A stretch of DNA of 51,249 bases from Chiloscyllium plagiosum (Eukaryota): the NCBI RefSeq assembly GCF_004010195.1, contig NC_057718.1:50980819-51032067 (forward strand), read 5' to 3'. Below are positions 36,665 through 50,195 of this stretch, piece by piece. The notes under the pieces were generated by a model. That model was not told the origin of the DNA. It saw only the letters and a program-made list of their open reading frames with translations, and searched no databases. Every line of letters starts with the position of its first letter. Within the stretch, counting starts at the first letter, position 1. Position numbers and translations under genes: made by a program.

Positions 36665-37395
36665 CATCAGATGAGAGGAGCAGAAATTATGCCATTCAGC
36701 CCATTGAGTCTGCTCCACCATTCAATCATGGCTGATAGGTTTCTCAACCCCATTATCCCCGTAACCTTTGATCCACTTGATACTCAAGAACCTAGTTATC
36801 CCCATCTTAAATGTACTCAATGATCTGGCCTCCACAGCCTTCTGGGGCAGTGAATTCCATAGATTCACCATTCTCTGGCTGAAGAAGTTTGTCCTTCTCT
36901 CCGTTCTAAAAGATCTTTCCTTTACTTGAAGGCTGAGCCCTCAGGTGCTAGTTTCTCCTGCCAATGGAAACATCTTCCCAACATCCACTCTATCTAAGCT
37001 GTTCAGTATTCTGTAGGTTTCAATTAGTTCCCTCGTCATCTTCTAAACTCCATTGAGTGTAGACCCAGAGTCCTCAAATGTTCTTCGTATGTTAAGCTTT
37101 TCAATCCTGGCACCTTTCTCATCAACCTCCTCTGAACATGTTCCAGGGCCAGTACATCCTTCCTGAGATATGGAGACCAAAACTGTGTACAGTACTCCAA
37201 TTGTGGCCTGACTGGAACCTGAAAGATCCTCAGAAGTACATCCCTGCTTTTATATTCAAGTCCTGTCAAAATAAATGCCATTGTTGCATTTGCCTTCCTA
37301 ACTACTGACTCAGCCTGTAAGTTTACCTTGAGAAAATCCTGGGCTAGAAGTCCCAAGTCTCTTTGCTCTTCGGATTTCTGAATTTTCTCCCCATA
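36665..37395 (-). mobile_element. CR1-clade LINE 3' fragment
   Basis: QRDLGLLAQDFLK...VRPQLEYCTQFWSPYLRKDVLALEHVQRR. Confidence 0.9.
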
Positions 37396-37554
37396 ATCCT
37401 TCTGTTCCAGGGTAGCAGCAGAGACTTCCAGACACACTGATATGTATTCCGGGATATCCAGGGATCTCAAGAACTGCCAGTATCTCAGGAGGAAACGTTA
37501 ATCTGGGAGGAGGCAGATAGGAGCGTGGTGTTCACCAGTAAACTCCAGAGCTTC

Positions 37555-38003
37555 NNNNNNNNNNNNNNNNNNNNNNNNNNNNNNNNNNNNNNNNNNNNNN
37601 NNNNNNNNNNNNNNNNNNNNNNNNNNNNNNNNNNNNNNNNNNNNNNNNNNNNNNNNNNNNNNNNNNNNNNNNNNNNNNNNNNNNNNNNNNNNNNNNNNNN
37701 NNNNNNNNNNNNNNNNNNNNNNNNNNNNNNNNNNNNNNNNNNNNNNNNNNNNNNNNNNNNNNNNNNNNNNNNNNNNNNNNNNNNNNNNNNNNNNNNNNNN
37801 NNNNNNNNNNNNNNNNNNNNNNNNNNNNNNNNNNNNNNNNNNNNNNNNNNNNNNNNNNNNNNNNNNNNNNNNNNNNNNNNNNNNNNNNNNNNNNNNNNNN
37901 NNNNNNNNNNNNNNNNNNNNNNNNNNNNNNNNNNNNNNNNNNNNNNNNNNNNNNNNNNNNNNNNNNNNNNNNNNNNNNNNNNNNNNNNNNNNNNNNNNNN
38001 NNN
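37555..38003. other. Assembly gap (449 N)
   Basis: Run of N. Confidence 1.
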
Positions 38004-38013
38004 TTGTCAATAC

Positions 38014-39375
38014 TGTTATAAAGCGAAGGCTGAACCCCAACCCCAAACATCTCAAACTGAAACGTCCAAAGAGTGGCACGTTGCCCTTTAATCTGTAAAG
38101 TCAGTGTGATAAGTGGTGTAACCTGCTGTAGTATTCAAAGTAAACCCCTGACACTTTAAAATCAACAATCAGCAATTTATTTAACCAACTCTCACGGTAA
38201 ACAAATGAATGAAACTACTAACAAACTGAATAAATCCTTCCTAACTACTGAGTATTCTGGAATAAATCAAGATTCTTCTGACTTTAAAATCAACAATCAG
38301 CAATTTATTTAACCAACTCTCACGGTAAACAAAATGAATGAAACTACTAACAAACTGAATAAATCCTTCCTAACTACTGAGTATTCTGGAATAAATCAAG
38401 ATTCTTCTGGTATGCTGTTCCAATCAATACATGTCCCACTCAGATAACACAAAATAGAATTTAATATCTCAGATTACAGCCAGGTTAAGTGTCTTCCGGA
38501 ATATTCTGTGCTACCTTCTGTCAGGGATGTCTCCTCCGATTCCTCTCAGGAATGCTAATTTAAATTGGTGAAATTGAAAACCTGTTTTCTTCTCCTGCTA
38601 ACTGTACAGCCTTTTGATACAAATGTTTCAGTTCAGGTGCTGTCTGTTGTGATGCTGCTCCTTTAAGAAGATTATGTTGTTCTTGGTTTATTTTCAGGAG
38701 GGGTTGTAAAAGGCAGAGCTTCCCATTCGTCTAGGATTAAGGATTTCGCAAATAGCTAACATACTGACTAAGGCAACAATCAGGGAAAAGGGTTTAACAT
38801 TTTTTTTTCTAAAACCCTTCTACAATGAAAGGGCAGTTGTCCCAATTTTTTTTTCCCCTGGTTTGGGTTTGGGTTTTCGCAAGCAGTCTGTCCGAAGCTG
38901 CTGCAGGAAGAGAAGTTTCCTGATTCAACAGATGTTTCTGGCTGACTCTGTCTCTAACATTTCTCCTGTAAGAACGCGTGTTTGAACTGTTTTTTTTTTG
39001 CCAAAGGGGTGTGTTTATGAGAATGTTGCATGAAATCAGAACAGCTCCTTTCTTAAGTTGCAGGGAGATCGTGATGGTCGGATTTTCAAACGGCTGCTAT
39101 TCTAAATTCTGTTTTCTTTTGCTTGTGTTTGTTTAGTGGTGTGTAAGTTTTTGTTTTACTGTAAGCCAAGTGGTTTCACCAGCTGCATCACAGCTGGGAT
39201 ACCTCGACCTAAAACACCTCAGGGTTGAAGAGTGTGTTGCTGGAAAAGCACAGCTGGTCAGAAAGCATCCGAGAAGTGGGGGAATTGATGGTTCAAGCAT
39301 AAACTCTTCATCAGGAATGTTTATGGTGTGGGCTACCTTAGAATATTTTGAGGGAGTCCGGCTTGGTCCATAACA
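38014..39375. mobile_element. Probable LTR fragments (Gypsy-like), possibly two in opposite orientation
   Basis: Begins TGTTATA and ends CATAACA. AATAAA on the minus strand near 38176. No TSD. A PLE arm is inserted at 39222-39320. Confidence 0.4.
38153..38409 (+). repeat. Tandem duplication of a 128-bp unit
   Basis: 38153-38280 and 38281-38409 differ only by one A in a homopolymer. Confidence 0.9.
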
Positions 39376-39632
39376 CTGTACGCCTGCAAATTGTATCTCC
39401 AGGAAGGATGTTGTAAAACTTGAAAAGGTTGAGAAAAGATTTACATGGATTTGAGGAAGAGGCTGAAAATCATGAGAGGGGCATGAGAGTCGAGTGTGTG
39501 GTGTTGGAAAAGCACAGCAGGTCAGGCAGCACTCAAGGAGCAGGAGAATCGATACTTCGGGCATAAGGATGTCCACACGAACATCTCACTAAATCATGCT
39601 GAATAAAATCTGATCTCATTCGTCAACTCTGC

Positions 39633-39837
39633 TGCGGAGGTGCTGGTGTTGGATTGGGGTGGACAAGGTCAGAAGTCACACGACACCAAGTGAGAATCCC
39701 AACAGATTGATTTGAACTCTTAGCTTTCGGAGCACTGTTCCTTCATCAGGTGAAGTGATGAAGGACCAATGCTCCTAAAGCTTGAGATTTTAAATAAACC
39801 TGTTGCACTGTAACCTGGTGTGGTGTGACGTCTGACT
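39633..39837. mobile_element. PLE-derived fold-back element (family B) with back-to-back hammerhead remnants
   Basis: agctttcggagcactgttccttcatcaggtga then tgatgaaggaccaatgctcctaaagct. Near-TSD tcaactctgc (39623-39632) and tcaactgtgc (39838-39847). Confidence 0.8.
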
Positions 39838-40388
39838 TCAACTGTGCATTCATATTGAACTTGATGGGATACTTTATCCAACTTGGTATATTTGAATCAT
39901 ATCACTTGGAGAGATTCATTTGAAACCTTTCAGGAGGTGAACTCAACAAGATTGAATAATTAAAAGTTACTTGGAAACAGCATGGAAACAGATCTTTCGG
40001 TCCAATTCATCCATGCTGACCAGATATTCTAAATTAATCTAGTCCCATTTGCAACACTTGGCCCAAATCCCTCTAAACCCTTTCTATTCATGTCCCAAAC
40101 CAAATGCTGTAGTTCTACCAGCCTCCTCCACTTCCTTTGGCAGCTTATTCCATACATGCAACACACTGCGTGAAAAGTTTGCCCTTTAAGTCCCTTTTAA
40201 ATCTTTTCCCCCCTCACACCCTAAACCTATGCCCTCTAGTTCTTACAACATCCTGAAATTGTTTCTGATGGAGAAGTCAATATTTTGGGTAGAACCCTTC
40301 TTCAGTCCTAAGGGTTAATACCTGAAATGCTGATTCCTCCACCTCCTGGTGCTGCCTGCCTTGTTATACCTAGCCTCCTACTTGTGTT

Positions 40389-40706
40389 TTAGATTAGATT
40401 AGATTACATTACAGTATGGAAACAGGCCCTTCGGCCCAACAAGTCCACACCGACCCGCCGAAGCGCAACCCACCCATACCCCTACATTTACCCCTATACC
40501 TAACACTACGGGCAATTTAGCATGGCCAATTCACCTGACCTGCACATCTTTGGACTGTGGGAGGAAACCGGAGCACCCGGAGGAAACCCACGCAGACACG
40601 GGGAGAACGTGCAACTCCACACAGTCAGTCGCCTGAGTCGGGAATTGAACCCGGGTCTCTGGCGCTGCGAGGCAGCAGTGCTAACCACTGTGCCACCGTG
40701 CCGCCC
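40389..40706 (-). mobile_element. HE1-like SINE, best-preserved copy
   Basis: ggcggcacggtggcacagtggttagcactgctgcctcgcagcgccagagacccgggttcaattcc with intact A/B boxes and CpGs, and a (tctaa)n tail. Confidence 0.93.
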
Positions 40707-40902
40707 ACTTTAGATTGTCTACTTTAGATTCCAGCATCTACAGTTTTTATTGTCTCTAACAAATGGTGGAGCAGATTCGATGGGTCAAAATGGCTTACCT
40801 TCTGCTCCAATGGTCTTCCGGTCTTAGGTTTGTGCAGATCATTTCAGTGGGAACGTGCAGCTCTGGGCTCAATGCGCAGCAGCGCCCACTGGAAGCAAAG
40901 TT

Positions 40903-41256
40903 CATAGAATCGTAGAATCCCTACAGTGTGGAAACAGGCACTTCGGCCCAACAAGTTCAGACTAACCTTCTGAAGAGTAACTCACCCATTCTCCTACCCT
41001 ATTACTCTACACTCATCCCTGACTAATGCATCACACCTATGCATCCCTGAACGCGATGGGACAATTTAACTTGGCCAATACACCCGAACCTGCACAATTT
41101 TGGACTGTGGGAAGAAACTGGAGCACCCGGAGGAAACCCATGCAGACACAGGGGAGAACATGCAAACTCCACACAGACAGTCACCCTCAGGATGGAATCA
41201 AATCCAGGTCCCTGGTGCTGTGAGGCAGCAGTGCTAACTACTGAGCCACCATGCCC
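40903..41256 (-). mobile_element. HE1-like SINE
   Basis: Head, V domain and ctatga tail. Confidence 0.85.
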
Positions 41257-41369
41257 CACTCCCACCCCCATGCATATTGGGGTTGGGTTGCAGTCCAGCA
41301 GAAAACAAAAAGGCCCACCAACTCTCCCACTACCCCCAGTATCAGAAAAGGTAGGAAGTTCCGTCCTGG

Positions 41370-42062
<693 letters not shown>

Positions 42063-44857
42063 GCCCGAAGCTTCAGCCGCACACAAACGTGTGTACCTCC
42101 CCTCCCTGCCTTCAATTCCTCTTTCCAGGCCGTATAACTATTTTACTGCAATAGTAGGGTCTCTCATCCGGTCCCACTGATGCTGAACACACACTGAAAC
42201 AGGAACCTATTGGATCATAGTTGAAAATCGTTGCAGTCCCGGTGGATTCAGTGACTGACAAATGTGGAGAGTCAGAGATGAAAACTGCAGGTCAGACAGC
42301 ATCCGAGGAGCAGGAGAGTCAATGTTTTGGGCATAAGCCCTTCATCTGTTGATTTTGAAACTTCCATCTTGAGAACGTCAAATATTCTGTACAAAGAGAT
42401 TACAAAAGTTATCACTATCAGTCCAGGGTAAAAATTCAGAACAAGCAATTCTACTTTCTGTGGAACATTCTTTTCTTTTGTTAATCCACAGAATTGAAAG
42501 CAACATCCCACTCTCACTCTCTCTCTCTCTCTTCCTCTATTCTCACTCCATTCTAACTAATTCTCCTGAAAGTGCTGATTCAGGATCTGGCAGGGACAGA
42601 AAAGCAAAACAGTCAAGACTGACATCTCTTTGAATTTTGGATAACTTCACCTGAAAATTAATATCTTCCACAACATTGGGATACTGCTGAGAGTGAGCAG
42701 GTCTGATTTTAGGAAGCAAAAATATAGCGTGTAAATTCAGGATGAACCTGAAAGGCAGGTTCTTGACCAACAACCAGACTCAAAATGGTTAATTTGCCCC
42801 TGTGTGAGGGGGGGGGGGTTGGAATGAGACATCAAGGCAATGACACCGACACCACAGCGAAACTGAACAAACTGACGTAGCAAAGGTTAATGGCATGCTA
42901 GAGTCATAAAGAAAGAACAGCACAGAAACAAGCCCTTTGGTCCAACTGTTCCATGCTGACAAAATATACCTGAATCTACTCTCATTTGCCAGTATTTGGC
43001 CCAGATCCCTCTAAACCTTTCCTATTCATATAACCATCCAGCTGCCTTTTAAATGTCATAATTATATCAGCATCCATCACTTGCTCTGGCAGCTCTTCCC
43101 TTAAACGCATCATCTTCTGCATGAATTGCCCCTTAGATTCCTTTTAAATCTCCCCCCGCCTCTCCACCCCAACCTCACCCTAAACCTACTATCCTCTAGT
43201 TCTGTTCTCCCAGAGAAAAGGCCTTTTCTATTTATCCTATCCATACCTCTCTTGATTTTATAAATGATGGAAGCATCAATGGCTCAGTGCAGGGGTGGGG
43301 AGGGGGGGAAAGGAAGCGGAATGTGCCAGAGCCAACATGAAAGAACAGACGATGTAAAGCCTTGAAGCTGCAATTTTAAGTGAGACCGATTGTATTTCAA
43401 AGTGGAATTTACAAAATATCACATGTATTGACTGCCTACAGATTGTGCATTTTTGAGCAAAATTGAATGTATCTGCAATATAATTCTGCAAATACAAATA
43501 CACCCCATAGACTTATATCTGTATACACGTGCATGAGAGAGAGAAAAGTCTATTTCCGTGCTGTATATCTGTCTATTTGATAACAGATGCTTTATTTCTG
43601 TTGATGTAAATATTATTATAAGTCATAGCTGGGTACTAATAGTTAGATGTAAGGGAGAGAGAATTCCTCAAATAGAGCACTATAAGAACCCTGGGAGACC
43701 CATATTTCTGGTTTACCTCCTAATGAACAAACATTAAGCACAAGCACCTATTTATTTCTAATTTTGGTTCATTTTTCTTGTTTTGTTCCCTGCAATGATG
43801 ACCCTCTCTGTCTGGATGATTGACATCTAGGAGATTATGGGTTGGGCCTTAATTGACTGATCATTTTATTGTTTGAAAAGGTGCAAAATGGGGTCAAATC
43901 ATCAGCAGAAAACCAGCAGATCTGAGAACAGATGACATCTAACTGTGGGAACAGGGAGATCAACAGAGGACAGAGAAATCAGGACCTGAAATCCGAGCTT
44001 ACACCAGATTACTCTGTGATCAGTGTTTTAATTAGCAGTGCCAACCCTCTACCTTTACAGACCTTCCCATTCGACTCGAATACTACATGCCCGCCTCGAT
44101 ATTCAGGACGCAATCCTTGTCATCCTAAAGCCATACTCTGTAAGGAGTCTCAGATCATAATTATTGTCTTCAACCTGTGCAGCGGATTCATTCACTTTTG
44201 TTACGATGCAGCACACATTTAGATACTGACCTTTTAGTTATATTTTTTGTGATCTTTAGAATCTAGCTTTGATTGCTGTTACATTTATTCTCCTTGTCCC
44301 TTTCTATTGTTCTCTGACGTTCAGTTTCCACATCACTACATTGTTCACCTTGATTTGGATTGGCCATGCTAAATTTCCCATTGTGTCCAAGAATGTGCAG
44401 GTTAGGTCTGTTAGCCATGGGAAGTGCAGGGTTATAGTTTCACAGAAATAGAAGGACTAAGCTATGCTCCTTCTACCTGCATTATCTCGATGACCTTTAA
44501 TTCCCCTATCCTGCAAAAACCCACCCAACTGTGTCTTTAACATACTTAATGATGCTGACTCTACTGCTTCCTTACGGCAGAGGATTCCATAGATTCACTA
44601 CTGTTTGGGGAAAGCAGTTCCCCTTCATCTCTGTCCTAAATCTCCTCTCCTTAATCTTGAGGCCTAGTCTCAGCCACTAGCAGAAACAACCTGATAGGGT
44701 GGATAGGGGTGGGGTCTGTGTGGCATGCTCTTCGGAGTGATCAGTGTGGACTTGATGGGCTGAATGGCCTGCTTGCACACTGTAGGGAGTCTACCATTCA
44801 GAATAGAATGGACTACTGCAAGGAAGTGTCCAAGCAACTGACCAGGAGCACGACAGG

Positions 44858-45066
44858 CACCTAACACTATGGGCAATTTAGCATAGCCAATTCACCGAAC
44901 CTGCACATCTTTGGACTGTGGGAGGAAACCGGAGCACCCGGTAAATTGCCCGTAGTGCTAGGTGAAGGGATAAATGTAGGGGAATGGGTCTGGGTGGCTT
45001 GCTCTTCGGAGGGTCGGTGTGGACTTGTTGGGCCAGAGGGCCTGTTTCCACACTAAGTCATCTAAT
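44858..45066. mobile_element. HE1-like SINE with an inverted 5' segment
   Basis: 44858-44941 is SINE body on the minus strand and 44942-45066 is the SINE 3' part on the plus strand. A 23-bp segment is present in both orientations. Confidence 0.8.
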
Positions 45067-46352
45067 CGTATATTGACGACATTTCTTCCTCCTGACCCAT
45101 GGTGAGGAGTCACTGAAACGATGACACAGTGATATCAACAAATTTCATCCCACCATCACACTCACTGTGAACTACTCTTTAGTATCTGTCTCATTCTTGG
45201 ACACATGCCGGTTCCAATGTGCCACAGCGAGAAACTGTAATGACCTCCTTAGGAGACAGACACGAGCTGCAACCAAAATGGTACCCTTTGTTGTCCAGTA
45301 CTTCTTGGGAGCCGAAAAACTACGCCACATTCTTCGCAGCCTGCAACACATCATCGATCAGGATGAGCACCTCACCGAGACTTCCTCCACTTCTCACCTT
45401 CAAACAACCAAACCTTAAACAGATCATTGTTTGCAGCAAACTGCCTGGCCTTAAGGCAACATGATACAACCCTGTCATGGCAGATGCTGCAAAATGTGTC
45501 AGAGTTTACCATCATTACATATGGAGATACCACACCCAATGAGTTTGCCAAGTACTCATGTGACTCAGCCAGCATTGTTTATCTCATACACTGCAAGCAA
45601 TGATGCCCTGAGGCATGGTATATTGGCGAGACCAAGCAGAGGCGACAGCAGCGGATGAATGGACACTGCACAACAATCACCAGCCAGGAGCGTTCCCTCC
45701 CAGTCGGGGAACACTTCAGCGTCCGGGACATTCAGCCTCGGACCTTCGGGTGACCATCCTGCAAGGCAGACTTCAGGACAGGCAAAAATGAAAGTGGCCG
45801 AGCAGAGTCTGATAGCCAAGTTCGGTGACCTTGGGTTCATGTCACACTACAGGGAACTCCACTACACTATACACTCTCTCAGACACACACACATGCGCGC
45901 TCCTCCAGACCAACACACTCATGCAGATCCTCTATCATACACATGCGCTCGCTCATATGCTCACACACGCGCGCGCACCCTCTCACAGACTTATACCCCA
46001 TTACACTCACACACATTCACACCTTCCCACATACACACATAGAATCAATCTGACCTAACATTGGGACACAGACTTTAACTGTGCATCTTCAATGTATTAC
46101 TTGAGCTGAGATGACATCTATTGTTAAAAGCTATCTTGAGAATGTAACTTTAAAAAAGTTCTGGGATTTACATATGAAGGAACCGAAACTAGCATGATCA
46201 TTCTAAAAGACGTAAGCTCAATTTGTTTAACAATACATTCCATGACACTGTAATCCTGTTGCTATAAAGTCTATGTCTAATCATTCTGCTCCACTACCAC
46301 CCGATGAAGAAACAGCGCTTCGAAAGCTAGTGGTTCCATACAAACCTGTTGG
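45066..46352 (+). mobile_element. Penelope-like element (family B): RT C-terminus, Cys-rich linker, GIY-YIG, 3' hammerhead
   Basis: RYIDDI...INKFHPTITLTVNYSLVSVSFLDT; PFVVQY..; PCHGRCCKMC; IVYLIHCKQ*CPEAWYIGET..QRMNGH..PVGEHF. CA-rich tract at 45880-46040. Hammerhead motif at 46297-46333. Confidence 0.92.
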
Positions 46353-46639
46353 ATTCGTGTTCGTTCGGGGGATCAACGGTTACAGGGAAAGGGCAGGAAA
46401 GTGGATGTGGGGAATGTCAGATCAGCCACGATCCTACTGAATGGAGGAGCAGGCTCAATGGCCTTCACCTGTTCCTATTTCTTATGGTTCCCGTGACCTT
46501 ACCTCTGATCCAAGGCCCTGGCTTGAGTATGTGCCATTACTGAGAGTGCTGGTTTTCCCTTGTGCAATACCAACAGTGCAGCAGCTGCTGAAATCTCTTG
46601 CTCCTTTGTTAGCTCTATGTGTGATTTTTACCTTTGAAA

Positions 46640-46970
46640 ATCTGTCAGTCATAACCAGCATCTCCATACTGCGCATGCTCCTCGGTGTCAACAACCACTA
46701 CGCATGCTCGCGGGTGTCAGTAAAACACTGCGCATGGCCCTATTACAAACGACAGCGTCCCAAGACCTTGTTTTGATGGACCAATGGGACGCACTGGAGG
46801 ACCGGATGGAGATTGGTCCTCCTGCCAATCGCAGCAAACCCATAGTCTGGATGCGGAAGTTGGACCATGAGCTTTTGAAGATGGTGTTGCCCCTCTCTCT
46901 GTCTAAATTCAGGTTGAGCTTCACCCCAGACTGCAATTTTCTTCCTCTCTCCAACATCTGTGAGTACAGC
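46640..46970 (+). promoter_or_regulatory. Housekeeping-type promoter and probable non-coding first exon
   Basis: Three NRF1-like (T)GCGCATGC motifs at about 30-bp period, three CCAAT boxes, ETS GCGGAAGT near 46853, YY1-like AAGATGG near 46878, and donor ct/GTGAGT near 46960. Confidence 0.55.
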
Positions 46971-47399
46971 ACTCTCTTTTCTCAACCCCTTTTCCATTCC
47001 GGGGTTCGCTGTTGACTTGCAGGAACGGAAGGGAAACGGAGTGAATCCAGGGAGGGGTCGGACTCATGAAAGTTAGTCCAGGCCTGTGTCTCAATTGAAA
47101 AGCACAGGAGAATTGACATTTCGGGCAGGAGACTTTCAACAGGAATGATGTGTGGATGTACAAAAGGGCCTCGGCATCCTTCTACACCAGTCAGTGCCAG
47201 TTGTCACACAGGTGCAACAAACAGTGAGCAAGGCAAGTGGTATATTAGCAAGAGGAATTGAGTTGAGAAAGTGGGGATGTCTTCCTGAAATTAGGGGGTC
47301 ATTGAATATATTGAAGGCTGAGTTAATCTGATTTTTGAACAACAATGAAGTGGATGGTTATGGGGGAAGGCAGGAAAATGGTTTTAAGATCAATAAAGA

Positions 47400-49060
47400 T
47401 CAGTTACAAAAACAGAACCTTCAGTCCAATTAGTCCACGCTGACTATCTTCTCAAAATAAACTAGTCCCACTCTATGTTTAGCCCATATCCCTCTGAATC
47501 TTTCCTGTTGGAGATGTGCAGCACAGAAACAGACCCTTTGGTCCAACTTGTCCATGCTGACCAGTTATTCCAATCTCGTGCTATTTGCCAGCACTTGGCC
47601 CATATCCTTCTAAATCTTTCCTAAATCCAGATGCCTTTTAAACTGTGTGATTATACCAGCCTTCACCACTTCCTCTGACTGATCATTCCATACACACACC
47701 ACTCTCTGTGTGGAAAAAGCTGCCCCTTGGAGGTCCCTTTTATGTTTTTTCCCTCCTCACCCTAAACCTATGCTCTCTAGTTCTGGACTCCCCCACCCCA
47801 GGGAGAAGACTTTGCCTATTTACCCAACCATGCCCCTCTTAAAGTCACCCCTCAGCCTCTGATGCTCCAGAGAAAACAGTCCCAGCCTATGCAGCTTCAC
47901 CCAAGTGCATAAATCTTTCAAACTTGGCAACATCCTGGTAAATCTTTTCTAAACCCTTTCAAGTTTTACAACATCCTTCTGATGGGAAGGAGACCAGAGT
48001 TGCATACAATATTCCAAACGTGGCCTCACCAATGTCCTGTACAACTGCAACATCACCTCCCAACTCCTTTACTTAATGCTCTAACCAATAAAGGAAAGCA
48101 TACCAATACCAATATGCTGCCTTCACTATCCTATCTACCTGTGACTCTATCTTCAAGGAAATATGAACCTGCACTCAAAGGTCTCTTTGTTCAGCAACAA
48201 TCCCCAGGACCTTACCATAAAGTGTATAGGTCCTACTCTGATTTACTTTTCCAAAATTCAGCAGCTCACATTTATCTAAGTTAAATTTCATCATTCATGT
48301 GCTTATCCAAATGTTTTAAAAATCTTTTAACTATACCTGTATCCACCTGTTTCTCTGGACATTCATTCCATGCACAAACCCCTCTCTGTGGGGGAAACAA
48401 AATGATGCATCTGATGTCTTTTTAAAATCTTTCTCCTCTCCAAAATTTGCTCCCTAATCTTGAACCCCCACCCTAGGGAAAGGATATCTGCTGTTCACCT
48501 CATCTATATCCCTCATAATTTTGTCATCCTCTATAAAGTCACCTCTCAACCTCCTCTGCTCCAGTGAAAACATTTCCAGTCTATTCACTGACATGTATAT
48601 ATTCATGTTCATATCCATTTATGATCTGTTCAATGCTGGTGCAGGCTCGACAGGTTAAATGGCCTCCTCCTGCTCCCAATTCTCACTCCTAGTCCAGGAC
48701 AGTAAGAGACCATAAAACACAGGAGCAGAAATTAGGCCTTTCAGCCATCGGGACTGCTCCGCCATTAAATCCTGGCTGATAAGTTTCTCAATCTCATTCT
48801 CCCACTTTCTTCCCATAAACCTCGGTTCCCCTTTGATACTCAAGAACCTATCCATCTCCGTCTTAAGTATACTCAGTGACCTGGCCTCCATAGCCATCTG
48901 TAGCAGTGAATTTCATATGTTCACCACTCTCTGGCTGAAAACGTTTCTCCTTATCTTTGTTCTAAAAGATCTTCCCTTTATTACCAATGGAAGCATCTTC
49001 CCCACGAGCACTCTGTCCTGGCCGTTCAGTATTCTGTCTGTTTCAGTTAGATTCCCTCCT
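47400..49060 (-). mobile_element. Cluster of nested CR1-clade LINE 3' fragments
   Basis: Several CR1 tails and ORF2 C-terminal remnants (ttgcatacaatattccaaacgtggcctcacc = VRPRLEYCMQ on the minus strand). Confidence 0.8.
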
Positions 49061-49199
49061 GCGTGTGGGCCTGTGTATCAGCATGGACCAGACCCTTTAG
49101 GATGAGGTACAGCAGGGATTAGGTTCAACAAAGTGAGTGTGGAGGGAGTGTGTGTGAGTTGGAGATTTTCAGCTTTTTGGGGATGAGAAAGGAAAGAAA

Positions 49200-50195
49200 G
49201 TCCGGGTGCTATGGTTTCCTCTCAATGTCCAAAGATGTGTAGGTTAGGTGAATTAGCCATGCCAAATTGCCAGTAGTGTTCGGTACACTAGTCAGGGGAA
49301 TGGGTTTGGGTGGGATGCTCTTCGGAGGGTCGGTGTGGACTTGTTGGGCTGAAGGACCTGTTTCCACACTGTAGGGAATCTAAACTAAACATAAATTAGA
49401 ATTGATAGGTTGAGCTGGTGGCCCAAAGGAGTGGCAGAATGAGTTTAATTTAGATAAATGTGAGCTGTTGCATTTTGGTAAGGCAAATCAGGGCAGGACT
49501 TACACAGTTGATAGGGAGTGCTGCTGAACAAAGAGACCTTGCAGGTTCATAGTTCCTTGAAAGTGGAATTGCAGGAAGACAGGATAGTGAAGAAGGCATT
49601 TGGTACACTTTCCTTTATCAGTCAGAGTATTGAGTACAGGAGTTGGGAGGTCATGTTGCGGCTGCACAGGACATTGGTTAGGCCACTTTTGGAATTGTGT
49701 GTGCAATTTTGGTCGCCCTCCTATGGAAGAATGTTGTGAAACTTGAAAGAGTTCAGAAAATAATTACAAGGATGTTGGCAGAGCTGAAGGGTTTGAGCTG
49801 TAGGGAGACATTGAATAGGCCAGGGATAATTTCTTGGAGCAGCAGAGGCTGAGGGGTGACCTTATAGAAGTTTATAAGGGGTATGGATAGAGTGAATAGC
49901 CAAAATCTTTTCCCCAGTTTGGGGAGTCCACAAAACTAGAGGGCATAGTTTCACGTGAGAGGGGAAAGATTTAAAACTTACCTGAGGGGCAACTTTTTCA
50001 CACAGCGGTTAGTGCATGTTTGGAATGAGCTGCCAGAGAAAGTGGTGGAGACTGCTACAATTACAACATTTAAAAGGCATCTGGAATAAGAAGGGTTTAG
50101 AGGGATATGGGCCAAATGGGATTAGATGAGTTTAGGATATCTGGCTGGCATGGGTGAGTTGGAACGAAGGTACTATTTTTGTGCTGTATGACTCT
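49200..50195 (+). mobile_element. Partial HE1-like SINE followed by a CR1 ORF2 C-terminus and tail
   Basis: SINE 3' part at 49200-49385, then DRIVKKAFGTLSFISQSIEYRSWEVMLRLHRTLVRPLLELCVQFWSP. Confidence 0.85.

Noticed and set aside
36077..38091. Long ORFs of 172-248 aa
   Set aside because: They consist mostly of N gap.
40875..40895. CTCF-like cagcgcccactgga
   Set aside because: Only a partial match to the core, and expected by chance.
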